This document shows, piece after piece, positions 49,961 to 62,325 of a stretch of DNA of 64,000 bases. Both the position numbers and the translations under genes were made by a program. The notes under the pieces are model-generated. The model had not been told where the DNA came from. It ran no database searches and saw only the letters and a program-made list of their open reading frames with translations. The stretch lies in assembly GCF_001194135.2 (NCBI RefSeq), contig NC_068984.1, positions 8,814,849 through 8,878,848 on the forward strand, read 5' to 3'. Position 1 is the first letter of the stretch; the number at the start of each line of letters is the position of its first letter. The stretch comes from Octopus bimaculoides (lineage: Eukaryota).

Positions 49961-50377
49961 AAAATATTAGATTTATAAACCTTAAAAATCACTCCATAAT
50001 TGCCCAAGCTTAAGAGCGTAGTACTTAAGAGCGCGGGCTACTAACCCCAAGATCCCAAGTTCGATTCCAGGTAGTGACCTAAATAATAACAATAATAATA
50101 ATAATAATGGTAATGAACAGCTGACACTGTAGTACATCCTAAATTCGATTCCAGGTAGTGACCTGAATAATAACAATAATAATAATAATGATGATAATGG
50201 TAGTGAACAGCTGACACAGTAGTACATCTCCAGCGTTAGAAGCTGTGCAAATAACAACAACAACAACATCGGAAGGAGAACCCGGTTCGAAATTCCCCCA
50301 GGACACCTGATGAAGGCTGGAGAGTACATCAGCCGAAACGTGATGACAACAAACAAGATGAGGACAAATATCTGTCA
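49961..50377 (+). mobile_element. tRNA-headed, hammerhead-linked element, copy 2
   Basis: Same order as copy 1; B box GTTCGATTC at 50059-50067; internal 84-bp tandem duplication (50060-50138 / 50144-50228); hammerhead motif at 50302-50345. Confidence 0.78.
50302..50345 (+). ncRNA. Minimal hammerhead-like motif, family 1, decayed cleavage site
   Basis: GACAC CUGAUGA A GGCUG gagaguacau CAGCC GAAAC GUG: core and stem II intact; residue 17 is G and the 3' strand of stem I is disrupted. Confidence 0.65.
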
Positions 50378-50466
50378 TAAGGAAGTATTTCGCTTAAGAA
50401 CACCACACACCGTCAGGTTAAGAAATCGAAACTCCGATTCTACGATTGTAAGTGTGACGCTCTTAC

Positions 50467-50582
50467 CAGAAGGACACACGCCTTCATACATCCGTCGTTG
50501 TATCACGTCTAAAAAACAGAAACAGGAATGCGGCGGTTGGGACGTATTCGATCGTGTCTCCTCGATTATGCCTGACTCAGAC
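50467..50582 (-). other. Candidate spliced exon on the minus strand (unverified)
   Basis: Donor TG/GTAAGA at 50467; strong pyrimidine-rich acceptors before 50508 (ttcctgtttctgttttttag) and 50582 (ttttttttgtttag); one open frame ...DVIQRRMYEGVCPSG. Confidence 0.3.
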
Positions 50583-51244
50583 CTAAACAAAAAAAAGTCT
50601 GAAACTACATCCTGCAAACCAAGTCCTTCCATTCGCTATTTTTCTACCAGATTGCATTTTTTTGTTCGTCTAACCAATCACGTTGTCTTTCGTAATCTCT
50701 TTCAGCTATTTCATTTTATGCCTAACCAAATATTTAATTGTTTCATATATATATACCTAGTGCATATCATTCTCTTTTCTTATCTATTGATATTATCTCT
50801 TTTAGTCTTGAATTAGTTTGCTTTTGATGGACAGTTATTGCGTTCATATGAAAACTTTCACTTCGACTTTAAGGTTTGTCTTTTACAAGCAATTTCTATG
50901 ATTTATTCCAAACCACTTACTCCATTTTCTCCCTTTGATATCATCTCGTTATATATTTCTTTCTTTGATGCCGTCTTCTTTTACCATTTCCGTCTTTTGC
51001 ACACGTTATATTTTCTATGGCTATTACAAAAACATCAATTTTTTTTCTCTGCTAGTTGAGATCATTTTTATTTGTTCCACGACCAACTCAAATCATATAA
51101 ACCTTCGTTATTAAGTCCTCAGCGTCCATTCTCCTGAGTTATCAGCTCCTACTCTTTTCAACCAACATTCTCCATCGTTTTTACTTATCATCTCCCATCT
51201 TTTCCTGATATGTAAAATCAATTCAAATTATTTTACCAAAATTG

Positions 51245-51410
51245 CAGCGTGGGCGTGGCTGTGCGATAAGAAGCTTACTTCCCAACAAGGTAGTTCTGGG
51301 TTCACTCTCACTATGTAGATCCTTGGGCAAGTGTCTTCTACTATAACCACGGTCCGACGAAAGCCTTGTGAGTGGATTTGGTTGAATGAAACTGCTTGAA
51401 AACCGTCGTA
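51245..51410 (+). mobile_element. SINE family A 5' half
   Basis: gggcgtggctgtgcgataagaagc...ccttgggcaagtgtcttctactata...ccgtcgtatacatac. Confidence 0.85.
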
Positions 51411-51441
51411 TACATACATACATACATACATACATACATGT

Positions 51442-51792
51442 GGAGGCGCAATGACCCTGTGTTTAGGGCAGCGGACTCGCAGTCATAGAATCGCGGTTTC
51501 GATTCCCAGACCGGGCGTTGTGATTGTTTATTGAGCGAGGCTCCGGCAGGGGATGGTGGCGAACCCTGCTGTACTCTTTCACCACAACATTCTCTTACTT
51601 CCTGTTTCTATTGTGCCTGTAATTCAAAGGTTCAGCCTTGTCACACTGTGTCACGCTGAATATTCCCGAGAACTACGTTAAGGGTACACGTGTCTGTGGA
51701 GTATTCAGCCACTTGCACGTTAATTTCACGAGCAGGTTGTTCCGTTGATCGGATCAACTGGAACCGTCGACGTCGTAAGCGACGGAGTGCCA
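51442..51792 (+). mobile_element. SINE family C, near full length, inserted in the central microsatellite of an A copy
   Basis: ggaggcgcaatgacc...ggtttcgattcccagaccgggcg head; ends gacggagtgcca followed by aac repeats. Confidence 0.88.
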
Positions 51793-53004
51793 ATAACAAC
51801 ATACNNNNNNNNNNNNNNNNNNNNNNNNNNNNNNNNNNNNNNNNNNNNNNNNNNNNNNNNNNNNNNNNNNNNNNNNNNNNNNNNNNNNNNNNNNNNNNNN
51901 NNNNNNNNNNNNNNNNNNNNNNNNNNNNNNNNNNNNNNNNNNNNNNNNNNNNNNNNNNNNNNNNNNNNNNNNNNNNNNNNNNNNNNNNNNNNNNNNNNNN
52001 NNNNNNNNNNNNNNNNNNNNNNNNNNNNNNNNNNNNNNNNNNNNNNNNNNNNNNNNNNNNNNNNNNNNNNNNNNNNNNNNNNNNNNNNNNNNNNNNNNNN
52101 NNNNNNNNNNNNNNNNNNNNNNNNNNNNNNNNNNNNNNNNNNNNNNNNNNNNNNNNNNNNNNNNNNNNNNNNNNNNNNNNNNNNNNNNNNNNNNNNNNNN
52201 NNNNNNNNNNNNNNNNNNNNNNNNNNNNNNNATATATATATATATATATATACATACATATATATATGTGTGTGTGTGTATGCATATAAGTGTATAAATA
52301 TATAGATAGGTAGATAGGTAAACATGTGTAAGTATATAATATATGTGTGTGTGTGTGTGTGTGTGTCTATCTGTCTGTGTGTGTGTGAGAGAGTGTTTGT
52401 ACATACATATATATTATTTCTATAAATATATTATTTTGCAGAATACAAATTTTTATTCCTCTATATAGAGAAAGAAAGAAAGAAAAGACAAGGGTCATGA
52501 AACACGTCGAGCAAGAATGAAAAAAGAAGTCACCAACAGTAAAACAACAATAAAAAGCAAAAAACAAGCAGATTAACGATCAGGTGCAAATTTTTTTTTA
52601 AATATTTCAAACAAACCTAGGCCTCCACAAACCTAGGTCTCCCCAATCACATGAGAGCTTGTTAGAAAAACGTGACATAAATGTCATTGATGTGGGAGTG
52701 AGGTAAATTCTCGGATCGAGAAATACCACTACAGCGATATACAGCCATCAATCCTCATTTATATACTTATCTATCTATTTATATACATATATATATATAC
52801 ATATATATACACACAAAGACATACATAAACACACACACACACTCATATTTGTATGTATATATGTATATCTTTATATATCTGTCTGTTTACCTGTTCATCT
52901 GTGTGTCCGTCTGTCTGTCTATCTACCTATGTATCTGTATATGCATATATACAAACATCCATACATACACATATATAAATACATATATATATTCTATCAT
53001 ACGT

Positions 53005-53037
<33 letters not shown>

Positions 53038-53724
53038 NNNNNNNNNNNNNNNNNNNNNNNNNNNNNNNNNNNNNNNNNNNNNNNNNNNNNNNNNNNNNNN
53101 NNNNNNNNNNNNNNNNNNNNNNNNNNNNNNNNNNNNNNNNNNNNNNNNNNNNNNNNNNNNNNNNNNNNNNNNNNNNNNNNNNNNNNNNNNNNNNNNNNNN
53201 NNNNNNNNNNNNNNNNNNNNNNNNNNNNNNNNNNNNNNNNNNNNNNNNNNNNNNNNNNNNNNNNNNNNNNNNNNNNNNNNNNNNNNNNNNNNNNNNNNNN
53301 NNNNNNNNNNNNNNNNNNNNNNNNNNNNNNNNNNNNNNNNNNNNNNNNNNNNNNNNNNNNNNNNNNNNNNNNNNNNNNNNNNNNNNNNNNNNNNNNNNNN
53401 NNNNNNNNNNNNNNNNNNNNNNNNNNNNNNNNNNNNNNNNNNNNNNNNNNNNNNNNNNNNNNNNNNNNNNNNATATATATATATATATATATATATAACA
53501 TATGATATACTTACATGTACGAACGTATAAATACATATATATGCACGTATGCACATTACCAGTTTAAATTGCCCACCTAAAAACTCCTCGTGCGATATGG
53601 TCAGAAAATCAACCGCAGTAAATATAATGACGAAATAAACTTATATAAATAAGGATAAGATCGATATATAAAATATCGATTTTATCAAGTAGCCAGCATG
53701 GGAATAAAAAGCTAGTGTCAACGG

Positions 53725-53975
53725 TAGTTGCAAATATTCCGAACTGGAAACTACAGCCAAGAAGACGAGCCTCGTCCTGGAAAATCTATAGAGCTTGCTG
53801 AGGACGTCCTGCAAATCCTGGTGAACCAAAATATCATCGTAACTGTTGAGGAACTAGCAGAGAAGCTTGGATTTGGTCATTCCACCATTCATCGACACCT
53901 ACGTGCCATCGGAAATGTCAACAAATTGGGTCAAAGGGTTCTTCACAAATTTTCCGAGTCTAATCGCGCGGCCAC
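53725..53975 (+). pseudogene. mariner transposase fragment (HTH region to WVPHEL linker)
   Basis: FRTGNYSQEDEPRPGK...VTVEELAEKLGFGHSTIHRHLRAIGNVNKLGQRVLHKF. Confidence 0.88.
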
Positions 53976-54569
53976 ATATAGCGAGGATGACATTCCAGAA
54001 ACTGGAGCAGTTTGAATTGTAAACGATGCCCTAACTACCATATTCGTCGGACATATCGTATGTTCATTGGAAGTTGTTTTATATTTAGATTATAGCTACA
54101 GTTCTGTGCAAAATCTTAATTCTGTATTCCAGTGAGAGTTCTGTAAAAATTTCTCACGCTTTGTAGCTGATGGGAGTCACAAATATTTTCTTCAGACAAA
54201 TGACAATCATGTAATGTAATCGATTATACTGATAATATTGATTATCCCATATCATATTAGTTATATTGAATGCCCCATGTCCAGCTCGGACTCTTTGGCC
54301 ATGTTGCTCGATTTTCCAAGAGAGACCGTGCTCACCGTGTTGTCTTCACTGAGGATACGCTTGGTTTAACAACTTGTGTTGGTTGACCACAGGGCACAAA
54401 GTCACGGCAGATGAGGAAGTATCTCACGGAAATGGGGACTGACAGGGACACAGTTCGAGAGGTCACCCGGGAGAATCTGGGACTATACCGACAAATAGTG
54501 AAAGCAGCAACGTGCTGCCACGGCCGCATTACGTATATTACATAGATTACAACACATATTAATTATCTT

Positions 54570-54792
54570 TTTTTTACTTGTTCCAGACATTAAAGTGCGG
54601 CCGTGCTGGAGCACCGCCTTGAAAGGTTTAAGTCGAACGAATCGACTCCAGTACACATTTTGCACGTATTGTACTTATCCTATTGTTCTCTATTGTCGAA
54701 CCGTAAGATTACGTGGACGTAAACACACAAACACCAGTTGTCAAGCGGTGGTGGCGGACAAACCCAGACACACACACACACGTCATGTGTGT

Positions 54793-54836
<44 letters not shown>

Positions 54837-55087
54837 NNNNNNNNNNTGGTGGAGGAGAAACTGAAAGAAGCACGTCGTATATATAAGCATATATATATAT
54901 ATATGCATATATATATATATATGCTTATATATACGACGTGCTTCTTTCAGTTTCTCCTCCACCAAATCCACTCTCAAGTCTCTAATATGCCTGTGGCTAT
55001 GTTAAAAGTCACATGTCTAAGTGAGACTGAACCCGGAACCATGTGGTTGGCAAGCAAACTTCTTACCACACAGCCACATCTGCGCCT
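54570..55087 (-). mobile_element. SINE family A containing a 10-N gap and a perfect local palindrome (54847-54964)
   Basis: 3' domain at 54570-54775, head at 55030-55087. Confidence 0.85.
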
Positions 55088-55140
55088 ATTCGATTAATGA
55101 ATTATTTATTATATTACTTATCCCACATAATTAATTATAT

Positions 55141-55497
55141 CGAGCTGGCAGAAACGTTAGCACGCCGGGCGAAATGCTTAGCGGTATTTCGTCTGCCGTT
55201 ACGTTCTGAGTTCAAACTCCGCCGAGGTCCACTTTGTCTTTCATTCTTTCGGGGTCAATAAATTAAGTACCAGTTATGCACTGGGGTCGATGTAATCGAC
55301 TTAAGCCCTATGTCTGTCCTTGTTTGTCCCCTCTATGTTTAGTCTCCTGGGGGCAATGAAGAAATATATGTTTTGGACCCGAATAGTTGAAAAGCAAAGT
55401 TGATGGCGACGGAATGAAAAATCAGGACGCGAGGACGGACCAAATGCCGCTATTCATTTCGTCCGGCGTGCTAACCATTCGGCCAGCTCGCCACCTT
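55141..55497. mobile_element. Young SINE B (plus, 55141-55365) tail-to-tail with an old SINE B (minus, 55373-55497)
   Basis: Near-consensus B with tail-2; decayed reverse copy ending ggccagctcgccacc. Confidence 0.85.
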
Positions 55498-55631
55498 GTT
55501 GATTATATTAATTGACCATACATTACTTTAATTAATTTCCCACATAATAATTATATCAATTATCTCACATTGTTTTAATATATCGATTATACCACAACAT
55601 ATCGATTATCCCACACTATATCAATATTGAT

Positions 55632-56305
55632 TACTCTATTAATTATATTAATTAGCCACACCTTAATTATAGTCATTACCACACTTACTAATTACATTAA
55701 TTAACTAACATCTCTATATACCTCATTTATTAACTTCATTGATCACTTGGCTTATTGGTTATATCATATTGATTGTAAACAATACGACTAAAGATAGAGA
55801 AAATAGATAATGAGTGTATATACATATTTCAAGCGTTATTGCTCTTTCGTCAGTACCACATCCTACCCATCAACTATCCAGGAATGTATTGCTTGAATAT
55901 CCACTACGTTTAGCAGTGTAACACTATCGGATAGACCACTCAGTCGACTCACACGACTTTGTCCGTCGTCAAATAATATTGGCACAATTCCAGACATTTT
56001 AAGTAATGTGGGACAATCAATATGATTAATGTGATGTGGGATAATGAACTGTGTTAATATATTCTATAATTAAATTCATTAATACATGGGTTAATAAATA
56101 TAATTAATATGATGGATGACCTGAATAGTAAAAAAATGCGAAATAATCAATACGTAAAAATTTTGACAATTGATATAACCAATAAGCCAAGTGATCAATG
56201 AAGTTTTTAAATGAGGTATATAGAGATGTTAGTTAATGAATGTAATTAATAAGTGTGGTAAGGACTATAATTAAGGTGTGGCTAATTAATATAATTAATA
56301 GAGTA
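55632..56305. repeat. 135-bp inverted repeat pair (55632-55766 / 56171-56305) in a degenerate AT-rich ccaca-motif minisatellite
   Basis: Arms align with 5 mismatches by my count; spacer about 400 bp. Confidence 0.85.
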
Positions 56306-56990
56306 TATCCAGCTGCAGGTGGTTTATCTGGAATTCGTTGAAGATATTCATCCAGGCACTTTTTGATGGTTATGAAAACTTTTTCCTCCTTTATATGTTC
56401 TGGAATGATGTTAAAAAGCGTAGCTCCAGTTGAGGAACAGTTCTGTCTTAGTGTTGTGATGTTCTGAGAGCACGATTTCTGTAGAGGACGCATGGCACGG
56501 GGACCAAGCCTTGGGTGGATTTTAAAAGTGATACTGATATCATTTAGGCAATACTGTCGGAAAAATTTCCACATCATGCAAATAATAAAGCGCTCTCGGC
56601 CGTGCAGCAAAGAATACAGTGCGGGTGTGTTGCAGCTGGCAATATTTTCGTCGGTCGATTTTTTGATTCGTTCTCTATCTTTCGTATGAGTGACCTTCTG
56701 AGACGTGTTAGTCCGTATTTTGTCTTCTTCATGGACCGTAGGGTGGTGTTGTGTAGACATATGTTTGTGACAATGTCCATAAATAGTTGTCATGGTGAAT
56801 CAATACTTCTTGGGGCGAAGGAGTCTGCGAAAGACCAATTATGGTTGATTGCAGACCAGTTAGTATTGTGAAGATCCATGAGATCGAAGGAGTGTGAGGG
56901 ATTAAGATCACTCGGATATGCAATCGGCTGCCAAAATCTTAGGCGACAGAGAACCATATCGTGGTCAGAAAACTCAAAAATATAAAGCAT
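56306..56990 (-). pseudogene. Internally deleted CR1-group LINE ORF2 remnant
   Basis: End of the endonuclease (FSDHDMVL...HNTNWSAI) lies within about 350 bp of the terminal region (LYSLLHGRERFIICMMW...FKIHPRLGPRA...GATLFNIIP...LDEYLQRIPDKP), which is homologous to 29350-29650. Confidence 0.75.
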
Positions 56991-57295
56991 ATATCTGTGA
57001 TGTGAGGTCAAATCTCGTTCTGTTCAGTTTTTTTTCTATTCTAGTGGAATCAATGGATAAGATAAATATCTATCATTACTTAATTCACTAATCAATAATC
57101 CGGTAAGCACCTGCAGTTCTAACATCCACTTCAGCCTCTTGTTTCCTTTCAGTCGATACTACAACCCAGAGATGCTTAAACTTCTTCGTTTGCTTCAGTG
57201 ATGTTTCGCTAACATTCAAAGTGCACAAGGAAGGGTATTCAGGGTTCACAGCTCTGGTTCTACTGACATGGAATTAGAATGTCCCAGGAAAGAAT

Positions 57296-57445
57296 CGACG
57301 GATATTTCGAGGCGAGCCAACCGGTAGGAAATTTAGAGGTAGACCAAGGACGAGAAGGGTGGATAATATCCATAGTCTTGGTTGGTCACACTTGGAATCC
57401 AGCCAGAATGTCTGATGACGATTGCTTCTGACAGGGAATGGAAGG
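57296..57445 (+). pseudogene. RTE-clade LINE C-terminal fragment
   Basis: PTGRKFRGRPRTRRVDNIHSLGWSH/LGIQPECLMTIASDREW matches the RTE G-R-RGRPR-RW...A-DR--W pattern. Confidence 0.75.
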
Positions 57446-57539
57446 TCAGAAAACACTTGAAGTTTTCTATAGTTCAACACCATCACCATTGTCGTCGTCG
57501 TCGTCGTCGTCATAATCATCATCAGCTACCAGACATTAC

Positions 57540-57790
57540 AATCTCGAGTCATAGGATTTATAGGACCGGTTACCCGGTTATCATAACGTGTAAGGGATCG
57601 GCACTACTACATGTCCGTTGAACGTGGTGCCAGTCCATCTCAAGGTGACTCGGTTACATCTTAGTGAACCACAGCAACGTGAAAGGAAGTTTTTCCATGG
57701 AGAACAAAACCCATCAACCTCGACCGAAAATCGGAAGCACGATCTTGCAACCATAGGTGCTACAGCTTAAACACTTGGCCACGAGCCTTC
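57540..57790 (-). mobile_element. SINE family D-like, diverged
   Basis: Minus strand gaaggctcgtggccaagtg head, aaacttcctttcacgttgct body, gagatggactggcacc tail motif. Confidence 0.6.
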
Positions 57791-58144
57791 ATTTTATATC
57801 CTCCCCGATATGAAAATACTCCGGAAAGTCTACTTATTACAAAGGATTATAACTATGAAAGGCTGGTGAGACGGTGAGATGGTAGGCTCGTTAGACTGCC
57901 GGAAGGAGTACCTTACGGCACTACTTCTGGTTCTTTGCCTCCCGCATCCAAATCTCGCCAGGGTAACCTTTGGCCTTTCATCTGTCAGTGGGCCATAAAA
58001 TAAATACAGTCAAATATCGACTAATCAGAAAAACAATTAACTACATTACCTTCCGTTTTCAATATGGCAGAATATGATTTGAGATACATATGTTTCCTAT
58101 GTCTAGCAGCTCAAGAAATCACATATACGCTCTCTCATTGACTC

Positions 58145-58186
<42 letters not shown>

Positions 58187-58639
58187 GATAGATTCAATAT
58201 AGAGTGCACACCACACATATAGAGGGGTCACGACCGCGATAACATTTCTCAACCAAGTAAATCTGTATCCATGAGTCTGCCGTATAGGAACAATTATAAT
58301 CATTTGCTGTGTAGAGGCTTTGAAAATGCTTCTGTTGCCAAGTTAAATGCAGTGTTACATAAGAGATCTTTAGTTTGAAGCTCAATTAAAATTGCAAAAG
58401 CTACCTCAACAACAATAACATTTGACTCGACAAACAAAAGGTGCATGGAATCAAGTATTCATCGTTATTGTAACTGACACACAGAACTATTTTGATATCG
58501 TGCCGTCATCGAGGAAACATGTGAACACAGCAACGCAACAGTAGGGTCCTTTAAGTATTGATTGCTTAGTCACCTGAATACGCTTTATAGATGCATATAC
58601 ACGCGTAGATACCTGTGTGTCAATTTGTCTGTTTGTATA

Positions 58640-58684
58640 AATATACCTGCATACATACATACATACATATATATATATATATAT

Positions 58685-58737
<53 letters not shown>

Positions 58738-58846
58738 NNNNNNNNNNNNNNNNNNNNNNNNNNNNNNNNNNNNNNNNNNNNNNNNNNNNTATGCATGCAT
58801 ATATATGCATATACATATACATATATCAATATACATATATACATAC

Positions 58847-58877
<31 letters not shown>

Positions 58878-59436
58878 CGCGTGTGTGTGTGTGTGCGTGT
58901 GTGTATGTGTATGAATGTATGTATGTATTTGAGAATTATATACACACACACGTGTGTAAACGTGCCTGCATGTGACGAAAATATGAGTGTGTTTATATGT
59001 ATATATGTGAATGTGAGTATTCGAGAATATGTGTATATATGAGCAGATGTGTGTGTGTGTGCGAATGCGCGTATATGCGAATGTACGATGCGTGTATGTG
59101 CATGTATGTGAATGTATACATGCATCAACCTGTTTAAGTGCGAATGTACGCATGTGTGAACATGTGTATATGTGACTACAGCAGGCAAGTTTAAACGTGT
59201 ATCTATGTGAATATATGCATGAGGTTGCGTGTATATATATGTGAATATATGTATGTATGTAGGTAGGTAGGTAGGTAGGTAGGTAGGTAAGTAGGTAGGT
59301 AGGTAGGTAGGTAGGTAGGTAGGTAGGTAGGTAGGTAGGTAGGTAGTTAGTCATGTGTCTATGTCTGTATGAATGACTGCACGAATATTCAACAGTACTT
59401 AAATCTATGACAGCAACATCATTAACACAAATGATG

Positions 59437-59465
<29 letters not shown>
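58640..59465. repeat. Compound (TA)/(TG)/(TAGG)/(AAT) microsatellite block
   Basis: Direct reading. Confidence 0.93.
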
Positions 59466-59468
<3 letters not shown>

Positions 59469-59594
59469 CGGTAGCAAAGATGTATGATGATTCGAAAGGT
59501 TTCTAAACAAAAGGCAGACACTCACAATACGCCGTATTAACAGCACCAGCAAATAGATAACAGACACAGCAAATATTGACAAAAACGCGTGTGC

Positions 59595-59643
<49 letters not shown>

Positions 59644-60145
59644 GACATAGTGGCGACAGAAACCATGCTGTTCCTTGGAGTCGTTTAATGAATAAAACTA
59701 AACGACAAGTGAAGAATCTATTCAAAGAACGCTAGAATAAGACAGACAGAATAGAATTGGCAGAGAAAATTTAAATTAAAATCATACAGTTCTTACAAAG
59801 TGAGTCGTCGAATTAGTTTTCGTTCTTCACCTGAATTGNNNNNNNNNNNNNNNNNNNNNNNNNNNNNNNNNNNNNNNNNNNNNNNNNNNNNNNNNNNNNN
59901 NNNNNNNNNNNNNNNNNNNNNNNNNNNNNNNNNNNNNNNNNNNNNNNNNNNNNNNNNNNNNNNNNNNNNNNNNNNNNNNNNNNNNNNNNNNNNNNNNNNN
60001 NNNNNNNNNNNNNNNNNNNNNNNNNNNNNNNNNNNNNNNNNNNNNNNNNNNNNNNNNNNNNNNNNNNNNNNNNNNNNNNNNNNNNNNNNNNNNNNNNNNN
60101 NNNNNNNNNNNNNNNTAGACCTACACAAAAGTTAGAAGTTAGCTA

Positions 60146-60377
60146 TTGGGTTGTCCGGAAAGTTCGTGCCGATTTATAGTAGCTTAACTTTCGACTTATT
60201 TGCCATGAAACCACCTCAATTCTGGGAAGAGGGTATTTTCAAGTTAGTTAAAGGGAAGATGGAGACGCATTGTGCAACAAAATGGTTCATATTTGGTTGA
60301 TTAAAAATGTAATGGCAAGTATCTATTGACCTTTTTCTTTCCTTTAAAAATCGGCACGAACTTTCCGGACAACCCAA
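60146..60377. mobile_element. mariner deletion derivative (MITE), 232 bp
   Basis: Perfect 30-bp TIRs ttgggttgtccggaaagttcgtgccgattt, TA duplication on both sides, internal FWEEGIFKL...RWRRIVQQNGSY C-terminal remnant. Confidence 0.95.
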
Positions 60378-60561
60378 TAGATAGGCTTGCCTGTCTTTTA
60401 TGGGAAAGACAGATGGAAATAAGGCGTACAGGTCTTTATGAATGATAGAAGAAATGTAGAGCTAGGTATTAAAATTAACATACATCCTCAGCTTAGAGAG
60501 AAATACAGAGAGAGAGGAGGGAGGGTGCTTATATCTTGCCCTTCCAAAGTAGACTTAAATG

Positions 60562-60813
60562 CGGTGGTTCTCAACCGGGGTTCATATTACCCTTAGGGCG
60601 TCCATATCATATTCTGTTATTTAAGTTTACGTACAATAAATTGGTTATACTTCCACGGTACACAAAATATTTTAACAATTTCTTATGCATTTCCGAAAAA
60701 ATATTTACTTTTAAAAGTATAACTGGATGATTTAAACATCAAATGGCTATGAGGGTCCAACTAAGTAGAATAGGATTAAAACGGTTTCATAGACAAAAAA
60801 TGGTTGAGAACTG
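60562..60813. mobile_element. hAT-like MITE
   Basis: cggtggttctcaaccggg ... aaaatggttgagaactg; related to 10864-11198. Confidence 0.7.
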
Positions 60814-61464
60814 CTTTAAGTATGGTGTATTTGTCTCTTGGGGCATCTTCTGTGTTCTAATCATTCAGGCCATGATTCCGATTTCAAAATACCAAAATTA
60901 ACCACCACCTCTACCATCTTACCGCCTGAGAAATCCTACTAAATGCCCAAGGGTGCTGCCATTCTTCCTATGAAATAAACATAGAAATGAAAAATAAAAA
61001 CAATTAAATTTGTATTTTCTTAATTTTTCATAAAAGCAAAATTAGCTTGCAGACAAATAATAATTATAGACATTTCAAAAGTATAATTTAGAGAAATAGA
61101 AAAGAATGATCAAATAGAATCTAACAATGGTTGATATTAATGTTCGAATTAATGATTAAATTAATTTAATCACAAGTGTTACATCAAACATAATATTACC
61201 TCAGTCTTAATTAGAAGATATTGATATATGAAACTTGTTAAAGACAACAGGAAATCGAAATCAAAGTAGGACAGCAGAACCAGTTAATCGGAAGTTCGTC
61301 TATACTTGGTTCTCATTAATGGTTTAGCGACAAGACGAAAAAGCAACCAATCCGCATGGCCTCCAGCACTGAGGGAGGGCATGGAGTAACCTCGAACGGG
61401 GGATCTGGTCCTTCATGGCTGTAACAGATGAGATCCTACTGAACGCACTACATGCCACGGTCTA

Positions 61465-62288
61465 TCTCTTATCTTTTACCTTTTCAGTCATTATATTACG
61501 GCCAGGCTGGGGCAGCACCTTAAGGAATTTTAGTCGAATGAATCAACCCTAGTACGTTTTTTAAAGCCCGGTACTTACTCTGCCAAGTTACGTGGATGTA
61601 AACACCAACAGCATTTGTCAAGCGGTGGAAGGAGGACAAACACAGAATCACACACACACACACATATATATATATGTCCACATTTTCGAAAATGTTTACT
61701 TCAAAATTGGAAAAACTAGTTCAAGTGAAGGAAGACAACTTGCCCGGCCATAATTTTTAAAGAGGAATATTTCTTGAACTATCACCGGTGTTGTGTTTTA
61801 AAAAAAATAACATTCTTTGCAGAGAAAAGTTATCGTTTAGAGAAACTGAAGAGATATCTCGTTCATTCTAGATATGAAACCAATGGTATCTCTCTAAAAC
61901 TGTAACCTTACACAAATATATATATATATATATATACTCTTTACTCTTTTACTCTTTTACTTGTTTCGGTCATTTGACTGTGGCCATACTGGAGTACCGC
62001 CTTTCGTCGAGCAAATCGACCGCAGGACTTATTCTTTGTAAGCCTAGTACTTATTCTATCGGTCTCTGTTGCCTAACCACTAAGTGACGGGGACGTAAAC
62101 ACACCAGCACCGGTTGTCAAGCGAATTTGGAAAGACAAACACAGACACACAAACATATACACACATACATATGTATATATATACATATATAGGACGGGCT
62201 TCTTTCACTTTCCGTCTACCAAATCCACTGAACCCAGAACCATGTGGTAGGTAAGCAAGCTACTTACCACACAGCCACTCCTGCGTCT

Positions 62289-62325
<37 letters not shown>

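Noticed and set aside
49760-50070. tRNA-like sequences as real tRNA genes (also the SINE A-D heads)
   Set aside because: No complete acceptor stem, one Pol III box is damaged in each copy, and they are embedded in repeats.
54847-54964. Perfect 118-bp palindrome of SINE A sequence
   Set aside because: Arms are identical including private variants and start exactly at a 10-N gap; most likely a contig-end or chimeric-read artefact.
3101-60115. ORFs containing X runs
   Set aside because: Artefacts of translating through the N gaps.
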